Shown here: piece after piece, positions 9,625-18,062 of the stretch
Position numbering within the stretch: position 1 is the first letter of the stretch
Layout: each line of letters begins with the position of its first letter
NCBI GenBank assembly: GCA_020348985.1
Contig: CP070761.1
Span: 600,388-630,253 of the forward strand
Direction of reading: 5' to 3'
Source: Candidatus Thorarchaeota archaeon
Lineage (GTDB): Archaea; Asgardarchaeota; Thorarchaeia; Thorarchaeales; Thorarchaeaceae
DNA: 29,866 nucleotides
Program-made: the position numbers and the translations under genes
Notes under the pieces: model-generated
What the model was told of the DNA's origin: nothing
Seen by the model: the letters and a program-made list of their open reading frames with translations, nothing else
Database searches by the model: none

Positions 9625-9695
9625 ACTGCTGAGTAAAGTCTTCCGAATCAGTGGACCCATTGAAAATGGGATTGAGGACTCGGGGCACTCTTCTC

Positions 9696-10298
9696 ATGGA
9701 ATACAACTGGCAATTCAAGACGGTTCTTATTGGAGATGGCGCCGTCGGGAAAACTAGTATCCGCCGCAACTACATGAGAGAGGGCTTCCAGTCAACACAC
9801 ATCCCGACCATCGGCGTAGACTTTGCAAAGAAAATGGTCTATTTCGAAGGCAAGATTGTGAGATTCGTCATTTGGGATCTCACCGGACAGCATAGCTTCG
9901 AGAGGGTAAGAGGACACTACTATTCAGGCTGCCACAGCATCGTTCTCGTGTACTCTGTCACAAACAGAAAATCATTCGACAACGTTCCCAAATGGCTTGT
10001 TGAAGCCTATAGACACCTGAGGAAGCTTCCTCCCACGGCGATACTTGCAAACAAGATAGATCTGCGCCAGTCAACTTCTGATGAGGATTTCGTCACCACT
10101 GTGGAAGGTCTGGAGTTTGTCGACTACTTCAAGAGGAAATTGGCAGTCCCGATCATATTCAAGGAAACCTCGGCTCTGACTGGGGAGAACATAGACGAAA
10201 CTTTCACAGAGTTAATCCGAATGATGATGCAGCACACGGAGGGTTTCCCTCAACCCACGACTCAGGTCGAGTCTGAGAAAGCAGAAGAGACAGAGTAG
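9696..10298 (+). CDS. Rab-like small GTPase, paralogue 2
   Basis: GDGAVGKTS, PTIGVDF, WDLTGQ, NKID, ETSAL. Same length as paralogue 1 and the same EETE C-terminus. Confidence 0.96.
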   Translation: MEYNWQFKTVLIGDGAVGKTSIRRNYMREGFQSTHIPTIGVDFAKKMVYFEGKIVRFVIWDLTGQHSFERVRGHYYSGCHSIVLVYSVTNRKSFDNVPKWLVEAYRHLRKLPPTAILANKIDLRQSTSDEDFVTTVEGLEFVDYFKRKLAVPIIFKETSALTGENIDETFTELIRMMMQHTEGFPQPTTQVESEKAEETE

Positions 10299-10340
10299 CT
10301 CTCAGTCACTCTCTGGTGTGGGATACTGGTTGCGACCTTA

Positions 10341-10358
10341 TTCGCCAACCTTATCTTG
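10341..10358 (+). promoter_or_regulatory. Conserved upstream motif copy 3 (TTCGCCAACCTTATCTTG)
   Basis: 16/18 identical to copy 1, although the remainder of the leader has diverged. Confidence 0.55.
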
Positions 10359-10421
10359 CGCAAGAAATCTAGTAGGGCCCCGGAAGAACTATTACATTCA
10401 CTATGTTGGAGCGCCTCACCG

Positions 10422-10982
10422 ATGGAACGTACTTGGTATTTCAAGAGCGTATTACTGGGTGAGGGCGCCGTCGGGAAAACTTCAATTCGCCGCAACTACA
10501 TGAGAGAGGGCTTCAAGTCAACACACATCCCAACGCTCGGCGTCGACTTTTCAAAGAAGCTGATTGATTTCTATGGCGAGATTGTGCAATTCATTATCTG
10601 GGATCTAGCTGGCCAACCGAGCTTCGAGAGGGTAAGAAAACACTACTATCAAGGGTGTCAGAGCCTCATTCTTGTCTACTCAGTCGTCGACCGAGACTCA
10701 TTCGACAACTCCCTAAGGTGGCTGACTGAGGCCTACAAGCACATAGGAGAACTCCCGCCGACAGCTATAGTTGCCAACAAGATCGACCTTCGTCCTTCAA
10801 CAGAGCCCAGTTCTGTAGTCACAACTCAGGAGGGTCTCAAGTTCGCCAATGACATAAAAGAGAAGCTGAAGTTTCCGCTCGTCTTCAAGGAGACCTCTGC
10901 TTTGACAGGAGAGAACATCGAGGAGACCTTCACGGAACTTCTCCGGTTGATGATTGTGCGCGCAGAAGAGGCTCCCACGTAG
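10422..10982 (+). CDS. Rab-like small GTPase, paralogue 3
   Basis: GEGAVGKTS, PTLGVDF, WDLAGQ, YYQGC, NKID, ETSAL. Shorter C-terminal tail. Confidence 0.96.
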   Translation: MERTWYFKSVLLGEGAVGKTSIRRNYMREGFKSTHIPTLGVDFSKKLIDFYGEIVQFIIWDLAGQPSFERVRKHYYQGCQSLILVYSVVDRDSFDNSLRWLTEAYKHIGELPPTAIVANKIDLRPSTEPSSVVTTQEGLKFANDIKEKLKFPLVFKETSALTGENIEETFTELLRLMIVRAEEAPT

Positions 10983-10995
10983 GCGAGTCCGACCA

Positions 10996-11631
10996 CTATA
11001 CTGAGACTATTAGATACACGCCCCCACAGAATGAAATCTGTTCGTATACAACGTAGAGACCTTCTCCCCACAGCATAGTCTTGGTCTCATCAGCCGCCCA
11101 ATAATACTCATAGTCATCCCATTCATGTGCTAGCTCTCTACGAGCCGCCGCCCGTTCTGCAAAGGACCGAAAGGAAACGTCTCCAATCACAATTCTGCCT
11201 TCTTTGTTCAAGAGCTCATCATGCATTCGTTTGATTGTATCAAGTTTCGCGTTGAGATCTAGGTGATGGATGGAATATGCAGACACAATAAGGTCAAACC
11301 CGATGCGTAACTCAGATGGCCATTCGGATCGAATATCTGCTTTCACTAGGTGAGCAGAGGGGACCTTTTGCGCCGCTTTTTCCAGCATCTTTGATGAATA
11401 GTCTAGTCCCCAGATTTCGCAGTTGAAGTCGACGAATCTCTTGGCCAGGCCTCCGGTGCCAATTCCCATATCCAAGACTCTCATTCCCTCCTTGGGGTCG
11501 GAGAGCTCGACCATCCTGTCTAGGACTTGGTGATATCCGGCGAATGGAAATCTATCCGACACGGTGTCGACGAAGTCGTCGTAGTTTTCTGCCCAAGAGT
11601 CGAACAATTCTGGAGTTCTTTCTGGAGTCAT
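10996..11631 (-). CDS. Class I SAM-dependent methyltransferase
   Basis: FDSWAENYD, VLDMGIGTG, GLDYSSKML, FDLIVSAYSIHHL. Confidence 0.93.
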   Translation of the reverse strand: MTPERTPELFDSWAENYDDFVDTVSDRFPFAGYHQVLDRMVELSDPKEGMRVLDMGIGTGGLAKRFVDFNCEIWGLDYSSKMLEKAAQKVPSAHLVKADIRSEWPSELRIGFDLIVSAYSIHHLDLNAKLDTIKRMHDELLNKEGRIVIGDVSFRSFAERAAARRELAHEWDDYEYYWAADETKTMLWGEGLYVVYEQISFCGGVYLIVSV

Positions 11632-11691
11632 CGTGAAAACACCTGCGGCTTAACAGATATCTACGTCTCGCTTCGAGCAAGACTGATTGAG

Positions 11692-13014
11692 TCAGAGATC
11701 CAAGTATTCCTCACGTTCCCAGTCAGTAACTCTCTGTTTGAAATTGCGCCACTCTGCAGTCTTTAGGCTAAGGTACTTTTCGAATGCATGTTCGCCGAGT
11801 GTCTCCTTCATCAGTTTGCTCTCTTCGAACTCATGCAATGCTTCACCCAAATCCGTGGGAAGAGAATCGATGTAGAACTCTCTCAGTTTTGCATCGTCGA
11901 AATCGAAGACATCTTCTTCTACTGGTTCTGGCGGCTCGATTTTCCTATCAATGCCCTCGAGTCCTGCAGCCAACATAACAGCAAATGCAATGTAAGGATT
12001 ACAGCTTGGGTCCGGACATCGTAGCTCCAAACGTGCTGGTGTTCGTTGATTCTGGCTGAACCTCGGGACTCTAATCATGGCCGAACGGTTTCGTTGCCCC
12101 CAGCACATGTAGATTGGGGCTTCGAAGCCACCTAGTCGCTTATAGCTATTGACGGTTGGACATAGTACAGCCGCCATTTCCCTGACGTATTTGAGCTGAC
12201 CTCCCATGAAGTGATAGGCAAGAGTTGAGAGCCGATATGAATCGTCTGGGTCATAGAATAGATTCTGTCCGTCCCCATCAAATATGGACTGGTGGGTGTG
12301 CATTCCACTTCCTGCCACCCCTTCCTTCGGCTTTGGCATGAAAGATGCTAGAAGGTTCATGCTGTTTGCGACGGTTTTGATCGCTTGTTTAGCAACCAAG
12401 ATGTTGTCAGCGGTTCTCAAGGCGTGGTCATAGCTGATGTCAATTTCATGCTGGCTCGGTCCACATTCATGATGTGTCATTTCAACCTTAATGCCCAAGC
12501 CTTCAAGTGTTGAGACAATCGTTGCTCTGATGTCAGTACCAATACCTTGAGGAGAGAAATCGAAATAGCTCGCTCGGTCTAGAAAGCCGTCGTCGGTCTT
12601 GGAACCAAACAAGAAGAACTCGAGTTCAGGTCCAACGTTATATGACCATCCTTTGTCGTCAGTCTTCCTAGTCATGCGTCGCAGTATATTCCTAGGTGCC
12701 CCTTCGAATGGGATTTCATTGGGCTCATGTACATCACAAATGATTCTTGCTGCATTCTTGCTGTGCCTAGGCCATGGAAGCTTGATGTACGTAGTTGGGT
12801 CGGGAATCAACAACATGTCGCTTTCGTGAATCCTCGTAAAACCTTCAACCGAGGATCCGTCAAACCACTTTCCATGTTCAAGACAAGCTGCAAGCTCTCT
12901 CGGCGAAGTAGTCACACATTTCAACTGCCCTGACATATCCGAGAACATCAAGTCTATGAAGCTAATCTCTTCCTTCTCTACTCTTTCAAGTATGTCCTGG
13001 CTCTCTTTGTTCAC
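11692..13014 (-). CDS. glnA: Glutamine synthetase type I (GSI-alpha-like)
   Basis: FDGSSVEGFTRIHESDM, PELEFFLF, HHE..PSQHEI, FMPKP..G..GSGMHTHQS, NSYKRL-GFEAP, NRSAMIRVP, RLELRCPDPSCNPY; 440 aa. Confidence 0.96.
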   Translation of the reverse strand: MNKESQDILERVEKEEISFIDLMFSDMSGQLKCVTTSPRELAACLEHGKWFDGSSVEGFTRIHESDMLLIPDPTTYIKLPWPRHSKNAARIICDVHEPNEIPFEGAPRNILRRMTRKTDDKGWSYNVGPELEFFLFGSKTDDGFLDRASYFDFSPQGIGTDIRATIVSTLEGLGIKVEMTHHECGPSQHEIDISYDHALRTADNILVAKQAIKTVANSMNLLASFMPKPKEGVAGSGMHTHQSIFDGDGQNLFYDPDDSYRLSTLAYHFMGGQLKYVREMAAVLCPTVNSYKRLGGFEAPIYMCWGQRNRSAMIRVPRFSQNQRTPARLELRCPDPSCNPYIAFAVMLAAGLEGIDRKIEPPEPVEEDVFDFDDAKLREFYIDSLPTDLGEALHEFEESKLMKETLGEHAFEKYLSLKTAEWRNFKQRVTDWEREEYLDL

Positions 13015-13195
13015 ATCAACACATCCTGTGTGGCATGTATTCTGTCTGTCGCTTCGTATTCCGCATGACTCCTCTCTAACCCTTTAAGACTCTTCTATTG
13101 GCGATGAGCTGCGCTGTACGAAAAACATAAGTTAGTCACCTCTAACTTCTCAATCTCTTTGGAGCATTGTTGGCTCGCGTTTGGGAGGTCTGCAC

Positions 13196-13708
13196 ATGCC
13201 GTTACTGGATCACTTGTTTGCTCACGGCTCAATATTCGCAGCTTTGCTAACACTTTATCTTCTGGCCATAATGAGATTCACAAGTCCTCGAGTTTGGGCC
13301 TTTGCAGATTATCCAAAGGAAATCACGGATGCAGTTGAGCCACAGACCAGTGATGAGCGTCGCCTAGGTGCTATTATCGGTATTCCATTCTTCGTCTTGA
13401 TGCTTGGATTTCCTGTCATCTCGACTCTGATGCTTGAGAGCACCTATATCGGACCCATCCCGCTGATAGATGCCTTTCTCAACGTTTTCGGGCTTGCACT
13501 GTTTGGTACTGCGGCTGATCTCTTCATTCTGGACTGGCTGATTGTTGGCACAATCACTCCAGACTTCGTCATCATCCCCGGAACTGAACACATGAGGGAC
13601 AAAGAATACAAGGATTTCAGAGTGTACCACGGGAAGGCACACATCAAGGGTACAATCGGTTTGGCAATACTCAGTTTAATCATTGCCGCCGTGATTGTTA
13701 TGTTCTAG
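13196..13708 (+). CDS. Hypothetical integral membrane protein (~4 TM)
   Basis: GGAGG upstream of ATG 13196. Hydrophobic helices and conserved-looking DLFILDWLI..TITP.FVIIPGTE and YKDF.VYH. Confidence 0.85.
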   Translation: MPLLDHLFAHGSIFAALLTLYLLAIMRFTSPRVWAFADYPKEITDAVEPQTSDERRLGAIIGIPFFVLMLGFPVISTLMLESTYIGPIPLIDAFLNVFGLALFGTAADLFILDWLIVGTITPDFVIIPGTEHMRDKEYKDFRVYHGKAHIKGTIGLAILSLIIAAVIVMF

Positions 13709-13841
13709 AACCTCTGTTACGTTCGCGGTGACCAGATGACTGGTTCGTTGCGGACTCGAGAAATCACTCATTACGCCGTGACCAGACCAGAAAACCATAA
13801 CTCACCCTAATCTCACAGAACTGCGAAAGGACTGTCAATAT

Positions 13842-15194
13842 ATGCCGGCCAAAGAACCGACGAAGAAGAAGCGCAAACGGTCCAAGAAGAAGACTGAGGC
13901 CATCAAAGAGACAGATGCAGTCCCATTCACGGCTCGGCTCATGGCATACTATCGCGCCCAAGAACGCAACAATCAATCTCCTCTCATCGACGACCCATTT
14001 GCAGAGCAGCTTGCAGGAGATATGACAGAGTATGTCAGCAAACATAGTGTCGGAAGGGGCGACTACCCAGTTGTTAGATCATACTACATAGAGACCAGAT
14101 TCCTTGCGCCTTGGTGCAAAAGCCAAGCAGAATCTCAGATTGTCTTGCTCGGGGCCGGCCTGGACACAAGAGCATACAGATTCAAACCACTTGAGGAGAA
14201 CGAACACACAATCTTCGAGATTGATCTCCGAGTCGTAAACAAATACAAAGAGAGACTCCTGAAGGATGAAACTCCTCGATGTAGACTAGTCCGGTTGTCT
14301 GCAGATCTCTCCAAGCGAAGATGGGTCTCAGAGTTGAAGAAGAAGGGATTCTCCAAAGATGTTCCCACCTTCTGGGTGCTTGAGGGACTTGTCTACTACA
14401 TGGAACAAGAAGATGTCATAACCCTCCTGAAGGAGGCAGCCAAGATGAGTCCGCTGGGAAGTTTGATCTTTGCCGATGTTTGCGTTCCCGGTTTGGCTGA
14501 TGCAATGTATGGTCCGCTTATGATGCATTTCAAATGGGGTCTCCAAGAGGATGAGATTCCTGATTTCTTTGCCGCATCTGGCTGGAATGTTGCATGTTCA
14601 TTTGCAGATGACCATGACCAAGGAAGGGATGTCGGACAGCGAGGACTCATCTTTGTCCAGGGTGCACGAAAAGAGAGCTTGGCAGACCTAACCACAACGA
14701 AAGCCAAAAAGATCCAACCCGAGGAATCCACACTCTCAATAACCGATCCTGAATTGCAGACATTCTCTCTCCAGACTGCGCAAGAGGTTATACCTCAAAT
14801 TGAACATGTTGTGAATACGTTCAAGAACAACCCGAAGGAAGGGCTTACGGCATATCTTGACTTCGTTGAAGAAGTGAAGCCTTCGATGATGAAGATCATC
14901 AAAGGATTTCAAGATGTGACATCAATTGGACGAATATCCCCTAGACTTCTTCGGGACCCGCTATCTATGGATTTGCTGACTCTCAGAAGAGCCCCTGATG
15001 AGGTGGAGGCACACGTGTCGGGATTCCTCAAGGCAATCCTGATGCTCGTCTACTGTGGGGCGAAGGGACTTGAAGGCAGTCAGTTCTCTGGTACACCTGT
15101 TCATAAGGAGGCTCTAAAGCAAGAGGGAGTCACTGATATCTCATCTGTTTCAATTATTGCCCGGACTGTAAAGGAAGAAATCACAAAAGAATGA
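13842..15194 (+). CDS. LCM/YktD-type (leucine carboxyl methyltransferase-like) SAM methyltransferase with extra C-terminal helical domain
   Basis: TARLMAYYRAQE, DDPFA, QIVLLGAGLDTRAYR, FEID, LSADL, WVLEGLVYYM. About 170-aa C-terminal extension. Confidence 0.9.
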   Translation: MPAKEPTKKKRKRSKKKTEAIKETDAVPFTARLMAYYRAQERNNQSPLIDDPFAEQLAGDMTEYVSKHSVGRGDYPVVRSYYIETRFLAPWCKSQAESQIVLLGAGLDTRAYRFKPLEENEHTIFEIDLRVVNKYKERLLKDETPRCRLVRLSADLSKRRWVSELKKKGFSKDVPTFWVLEGLVYYMEQEDVITLLKEAAKMSPLGSLIFADVCVPGLADAMYGPLMMHFKWGLQEDEIPDFFAASGWNVACSFADDHDQGRDVGQRGLIFVQGARKESLADLTTTKAKKIQPEESTLSITDPELQTFSLQTAQEVIPQIEHVVNTFKNNPKEGLTAYLDFVEEVKPSMMKIIKGFQDVTSIGRISPRLLRDPLSMDLLTLRRAPDEVEAHVSGFLKAILMLVYCGAKGLEGSQFSGTPVHKEALKQEGVTDISSVSIIARTVKEEITKE

Positions 15195-15197
15195 AGA

Positions 15198-15224
15198 AAA
15201 AGAGAGAGGGGGAATCTCTCTTTT
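15198..15224. terminator. Bidirectional hairpin terminator between convergent genes
   Basis: AAAAGAGAGA-GGGGGAA-TCTCTCTTTT, a perfect 10-bp stem immediately after stop 15194. Confidence 0.7.
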
Positions 15225-15267
15225 GTCTCATGTGCCCATGTAGCAGCACATTTGACATTTGCAGGCT

Positions 15268-15645
15268 CTACTCAGGCAGGTGTGCGTGCCTGTCCGCCCA
15301 AGTGGGTCCTCTCTCCACAGCTGGAATCTCGTCTAGTGAGTGATAGATAACCTTCCCTTCTTCTTTCGCTCTTTGGTACTCTATGAGCGCACCCTTCGAT
15401 TGACCCAGCAAGAATAGTGCATGACAATCATCCACCCATGGCGCATCCCAGAGCATGTAGTCCACCCAATCCATTGGTGTCTTTAATTCGTGAGCCCGCA
15501 AATCAACCCAATGTAGCAGATGTGGTATATACGGAAAATGGCCCTTCTTCCAAATCTCTATTCCAGCATCAATGGCTCTCCGAACATTGGCCTCAATCTC
15601 TTCAGTTGTGGGAGCAGAATAGGGTCCTGCAACATAGATCTTCAT
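15268..15645 (-). CDS. Nucleoside 2-deoxyribosyltransferase-like protein (DUF1937/DUF4406-like)
   Basis: KIYVAGPYS, GHFPYIPH, CHALFLL, SKGALIE..AKE.GK. Confidence 0.82.
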   Translation of the reverse strand: MKIYVAGPYSAPTTEEIEANVRRAIDAGIEIWKKGHFPYIPHLLHWVDLRAHELKTPMDWVDYMLWDAPWVDDCHALFLLGQSKGALIEYQRAKEEGKVIYHSLDEIPAVERGPTWADRHAHLPE

Positions 15646-15836
15646 GCTCTGCATGGGCTAACACCAGGATGATCCTTTGTCAGCAGACCTGCGAACGACT
15701 AGAAAAGTGTGTCATTTCAATGACTTGCTTGGTTGCCGCAGTTCTGTGCAATCAAGTTGCGCTGTAGAGACACTATATGAAATCCCACGTGAAATGTCCA
15801 CGTTAGGATTACCTTCGCAATCTTGGTGGTGGAGAA

Positions 15837-16619
15837 GTGGAAACAGAGCCAAATCTCGATCTTGCTAGAGAGCTTCTAAAGAATCCGCGGTACCCTCGTA
15901 CTTGCAAGTATGATCCGGAATGGATGGTTGGGCTTGATATGGGCTGCCCCACACTCTGGTTGCTTGAACGCCTGTGTGAGGTCATGGAGCTCAAGCCCGG
16001 CATGCGTGTCCTTGATTTGGGATGCGGAAAAGCGGCGGGATCGATCTTCCTTGCGAAAGAGTTTGGTGTGGAAGTGTGGGCTGCTGATTTGTGGATACCC
16101 CCTACCGAGAACTGGACGCGAGTCCGGGAAGCCGGTGTTGAGTCTCTGGTTTTTCCCATTCATGCTGACGCTCGCAAACCGGTCTTTGCTCAGGATTTCT
16201 TTGATGCAATGATTGGGCTCAACTCACTATTCTTCTTCGCAACGGACGATGTCTTCCTCCCAAACTACTTGGTGGGACTCGTCAAACCAGGAGGTCAATT
16301 CGGGATTGTTGTTCCAGGGTTCTACAAGGAGTTTGAGGGTGATTTGCCAAAGGATCTACCAGAGCACCTCAAGCAGTACTGGATTTCTTGCATGTTATAT
16401 TCCTGGCACTCAGGTGATTGGTGGAAGCGACACTGGCTCAAAACAGACCAAGTGGAGATTGAGCTTGTTGACAACTTCCCGGACAAGGAAGGATTTCGAA
16501 CATATCTCGATTGGGAGCGAATCATAGGGTACAAGGAGAAGATTGCCGAGGATGATGCTGGAAGAAACATAACCTTTGTACGATTAGTTGCACGTCGAAA
16601 CAAGAATACTCCTAAATGA
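15837..16619 (+). CDS. Class I SAM-dependent methyltransferase
   Basis: LKPGMRVLDLGCGK, VWAADLW, IHADAR, FFDA, VKPGGQFG. Confidence 0.93.
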   Translation: METEPNLDLARELLKNPRYPRTCKYDPEWMVGLDMGCPTLWLLERLCEVMELKPGMRVLDLGCGKAAGSIFLAKEFGVEVWAADLWIPPTENWTRVREAGVESLVFPIHADARKPVFAQDFFDAMIGLNSLFFFATDDVFLPNYLVGLVKPGGQFGIVVPGFYKEFEGDLPKDLPEHLKQYWISCMLYSWHSGDWWKRHWLKTDQVEIELVDNFPDKEGFRTYLDWERIIGYKEKIAEDDAGRNITFVRLVARRNKNTPK

Positions 16620-16652
16620 TCTCTGAATCTCGTGAGTCTCCGTTCCCATTAC

Positions 16653-16925
16653 TCAGCTCTTACAATCCCTTCTTCCAAACCTACCAGATGCCAACGCGAA
16701 GCTCCAGAAGACCACCATGGCGCACAAACATACCACTATTGATATGATAGTCATCGGGTCTGTGGAGAACGCAATCCATGCCTTGGTCTTGGCCGCTCCT
16801 CCGGCAAGGATTCCCTGCCAAAAGACGGCAGTCTTAAAGAACAGAATCGGACCTGCTCCCATAAACACAGCCTGCAATACTGCAACATAATCCTCCTCCA
16901 ATGCCAAAGGCCTCACCTCCATCAC
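16653..16925 (-). CDS. Possible small membrane protein or gene remnant
   Basis: 90-aa hydrophobic ORF filling an otherwise empty gap; no recognisable motif. Confidence 0.35.
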   Translation of the reverse strand: MMEVRPLALEEDYVAVLQAVFMGAGPILFFKTAVFWQGILAGGAAKTKAWIAFSTDPMTIISIVVCLCAMVVFWSFALASGRFGRRDCKS

Positions 16926-17108
16926 AACGCTGCCTTTGGTGAATCAGTGCGTCAATCGATACCCATTGATTCGGCATCATTGTTCATACGTGCATGCGCG
17001 CGAATGGATATCTATACGCGGACGAAATCACAGGTGGAAACAGGTACATTCTACTGCCTGAACTATCAGAATGTGCAAACACTTTCGCAGAAATCGGCTG
17101 ATGCCATT

Positions 17109-18062
17109 TCACGTCACTGAGGTCGGAATCCGAAGACCTGCTTCCTCAAGCATCTCTCTGATTTTAGTTTCCGTTGGTCTCTCGAAAGAGTATTGGCCAG
17201 AAGCCACTAGAGACGCAGTCGATTTGACAAATGAAGCCTCTCTTATACGACTGGATATCGTCTCCACGTCTAGGAGGCTTTCTAGGATGAAATCTGCAAA
17301 CATAACCGAGTCAGATGCCGAGATCCACGTAGCCCAGAGGTCGTCAGGATATTCGTCCCTCAGCCACTCACAGATTTCTCCAGCCGTTTTGATTTTGTCG
17401 TCCCATTCGAGGCGTATCCAAGCATCTACTACATCCCTGCCCGCTAGGTTCACTCTACAATAGTAGCGTATTCCTCTGCCAGGTTCAAGCTCTCTCAAAA
17501 TCCTGCGAACAGTCTTTGCAGCCATTCCAGTTCTTCTGGCAACCTCTTCAACTCTCATACGAGCATCATCGTATAAGCAGTTGATGACTCTCAATTGCGA
17601 CTTCGTAAACTCTGTCTTGGTTCCGTGTGCTACAGGGAGTGTTCTATGTAATTCGATGCTAAGAACTTCGTCGTAGCCTCTAAGCTTGGCCCCTAGCTCA
17701 GCCTGTTCGACCGGACCTGAGCAAGTACTGAAGACGAAGTACGCGCCACCCTTTGTCGCGCTCAGAGTCAGCACAGCCCAAATCATGTGGGATTCTCCTA
17801 GACGCGCAACAAATTCTTCACTACTCTCAGTCCCATTTGTGAATACAAGACAGATGACATAGTCAGCACCGAGCATTTCGGTCGTTAATCCTACCGCGAA
17901 TTTGATTATTGTTCCATTGTCGACCAACTTCTTGACACGATACTTTGCGGCATTCGGACTGAGCCCGACCTTCTTGGCCAGAGACCTATAGCTGACTCTA
18001 CAGTTGACAAACATGAACTCACGAAGAATCGCTTTGTCTATTCTGTCCAGAGTGCCTCCCAT
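17109..18062 (-). CDS. Lrp/AsnC family regulator with tandem-duplicated wHTH+RAM units
   Basis: LDRIDKAIL...CRVSYRSLAKKVGLSPNAAKYRVKKL and a second HTH QLRVINCLYDDARMRVEEVARRTGMAAKTVRRIL. Start at 18062 or 18104. Confidence 0.9.
   Translation of the reverse strand: MGGTLDRIDKAILREFMFVNCRVSYRSLAKKVGLSPNAAKYRVKKLVDNGTIIKFAVGLTTEMLGADYVICLVFTNGTESSEEFVARLGESHMIWAVLTLSATKGGAYFVFSTCSGPVEQAELGAKLRGYDEVLSIELHRTLPVAHGTKTEFTKSQLRVINCLYDDARMRVEEVARRTGMAAKTVRRILRELEPGRGIRYYCRVNLAGRDVVDAWIRLEWDDKIKTAGEICEWLRDEYPDDLWATWISASDSVMFADFILESLLDVETISSRIREASFVKSTASLVASGQYSFERPTETKIREMLEEAGLRIPTSVT

Noticed and set aside
8835-10358. Thrice-repeated motif as a CRISPR-like or mobile repeat
   Set aside because: Spacing of ~730-770 bp equals the gene duplication unit; no cas or transposase genes.
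8805-10421. Longer N-termini for the GTPases (8887, 9651, 10356) and overlapping alternative-frame ORFs
   Set aside because: The three proteins align from ME(Y/R)xW; the extensions overlap the conserved promoter-like leader.
11692-13014. GlnA as a gamma-glutamyl-amine ligase (PuuA-like)
   Set aside because: Ammonium-site features (ESD, YFD, GFEAP flap) appear retained, favouring a true glutamine synthetase.
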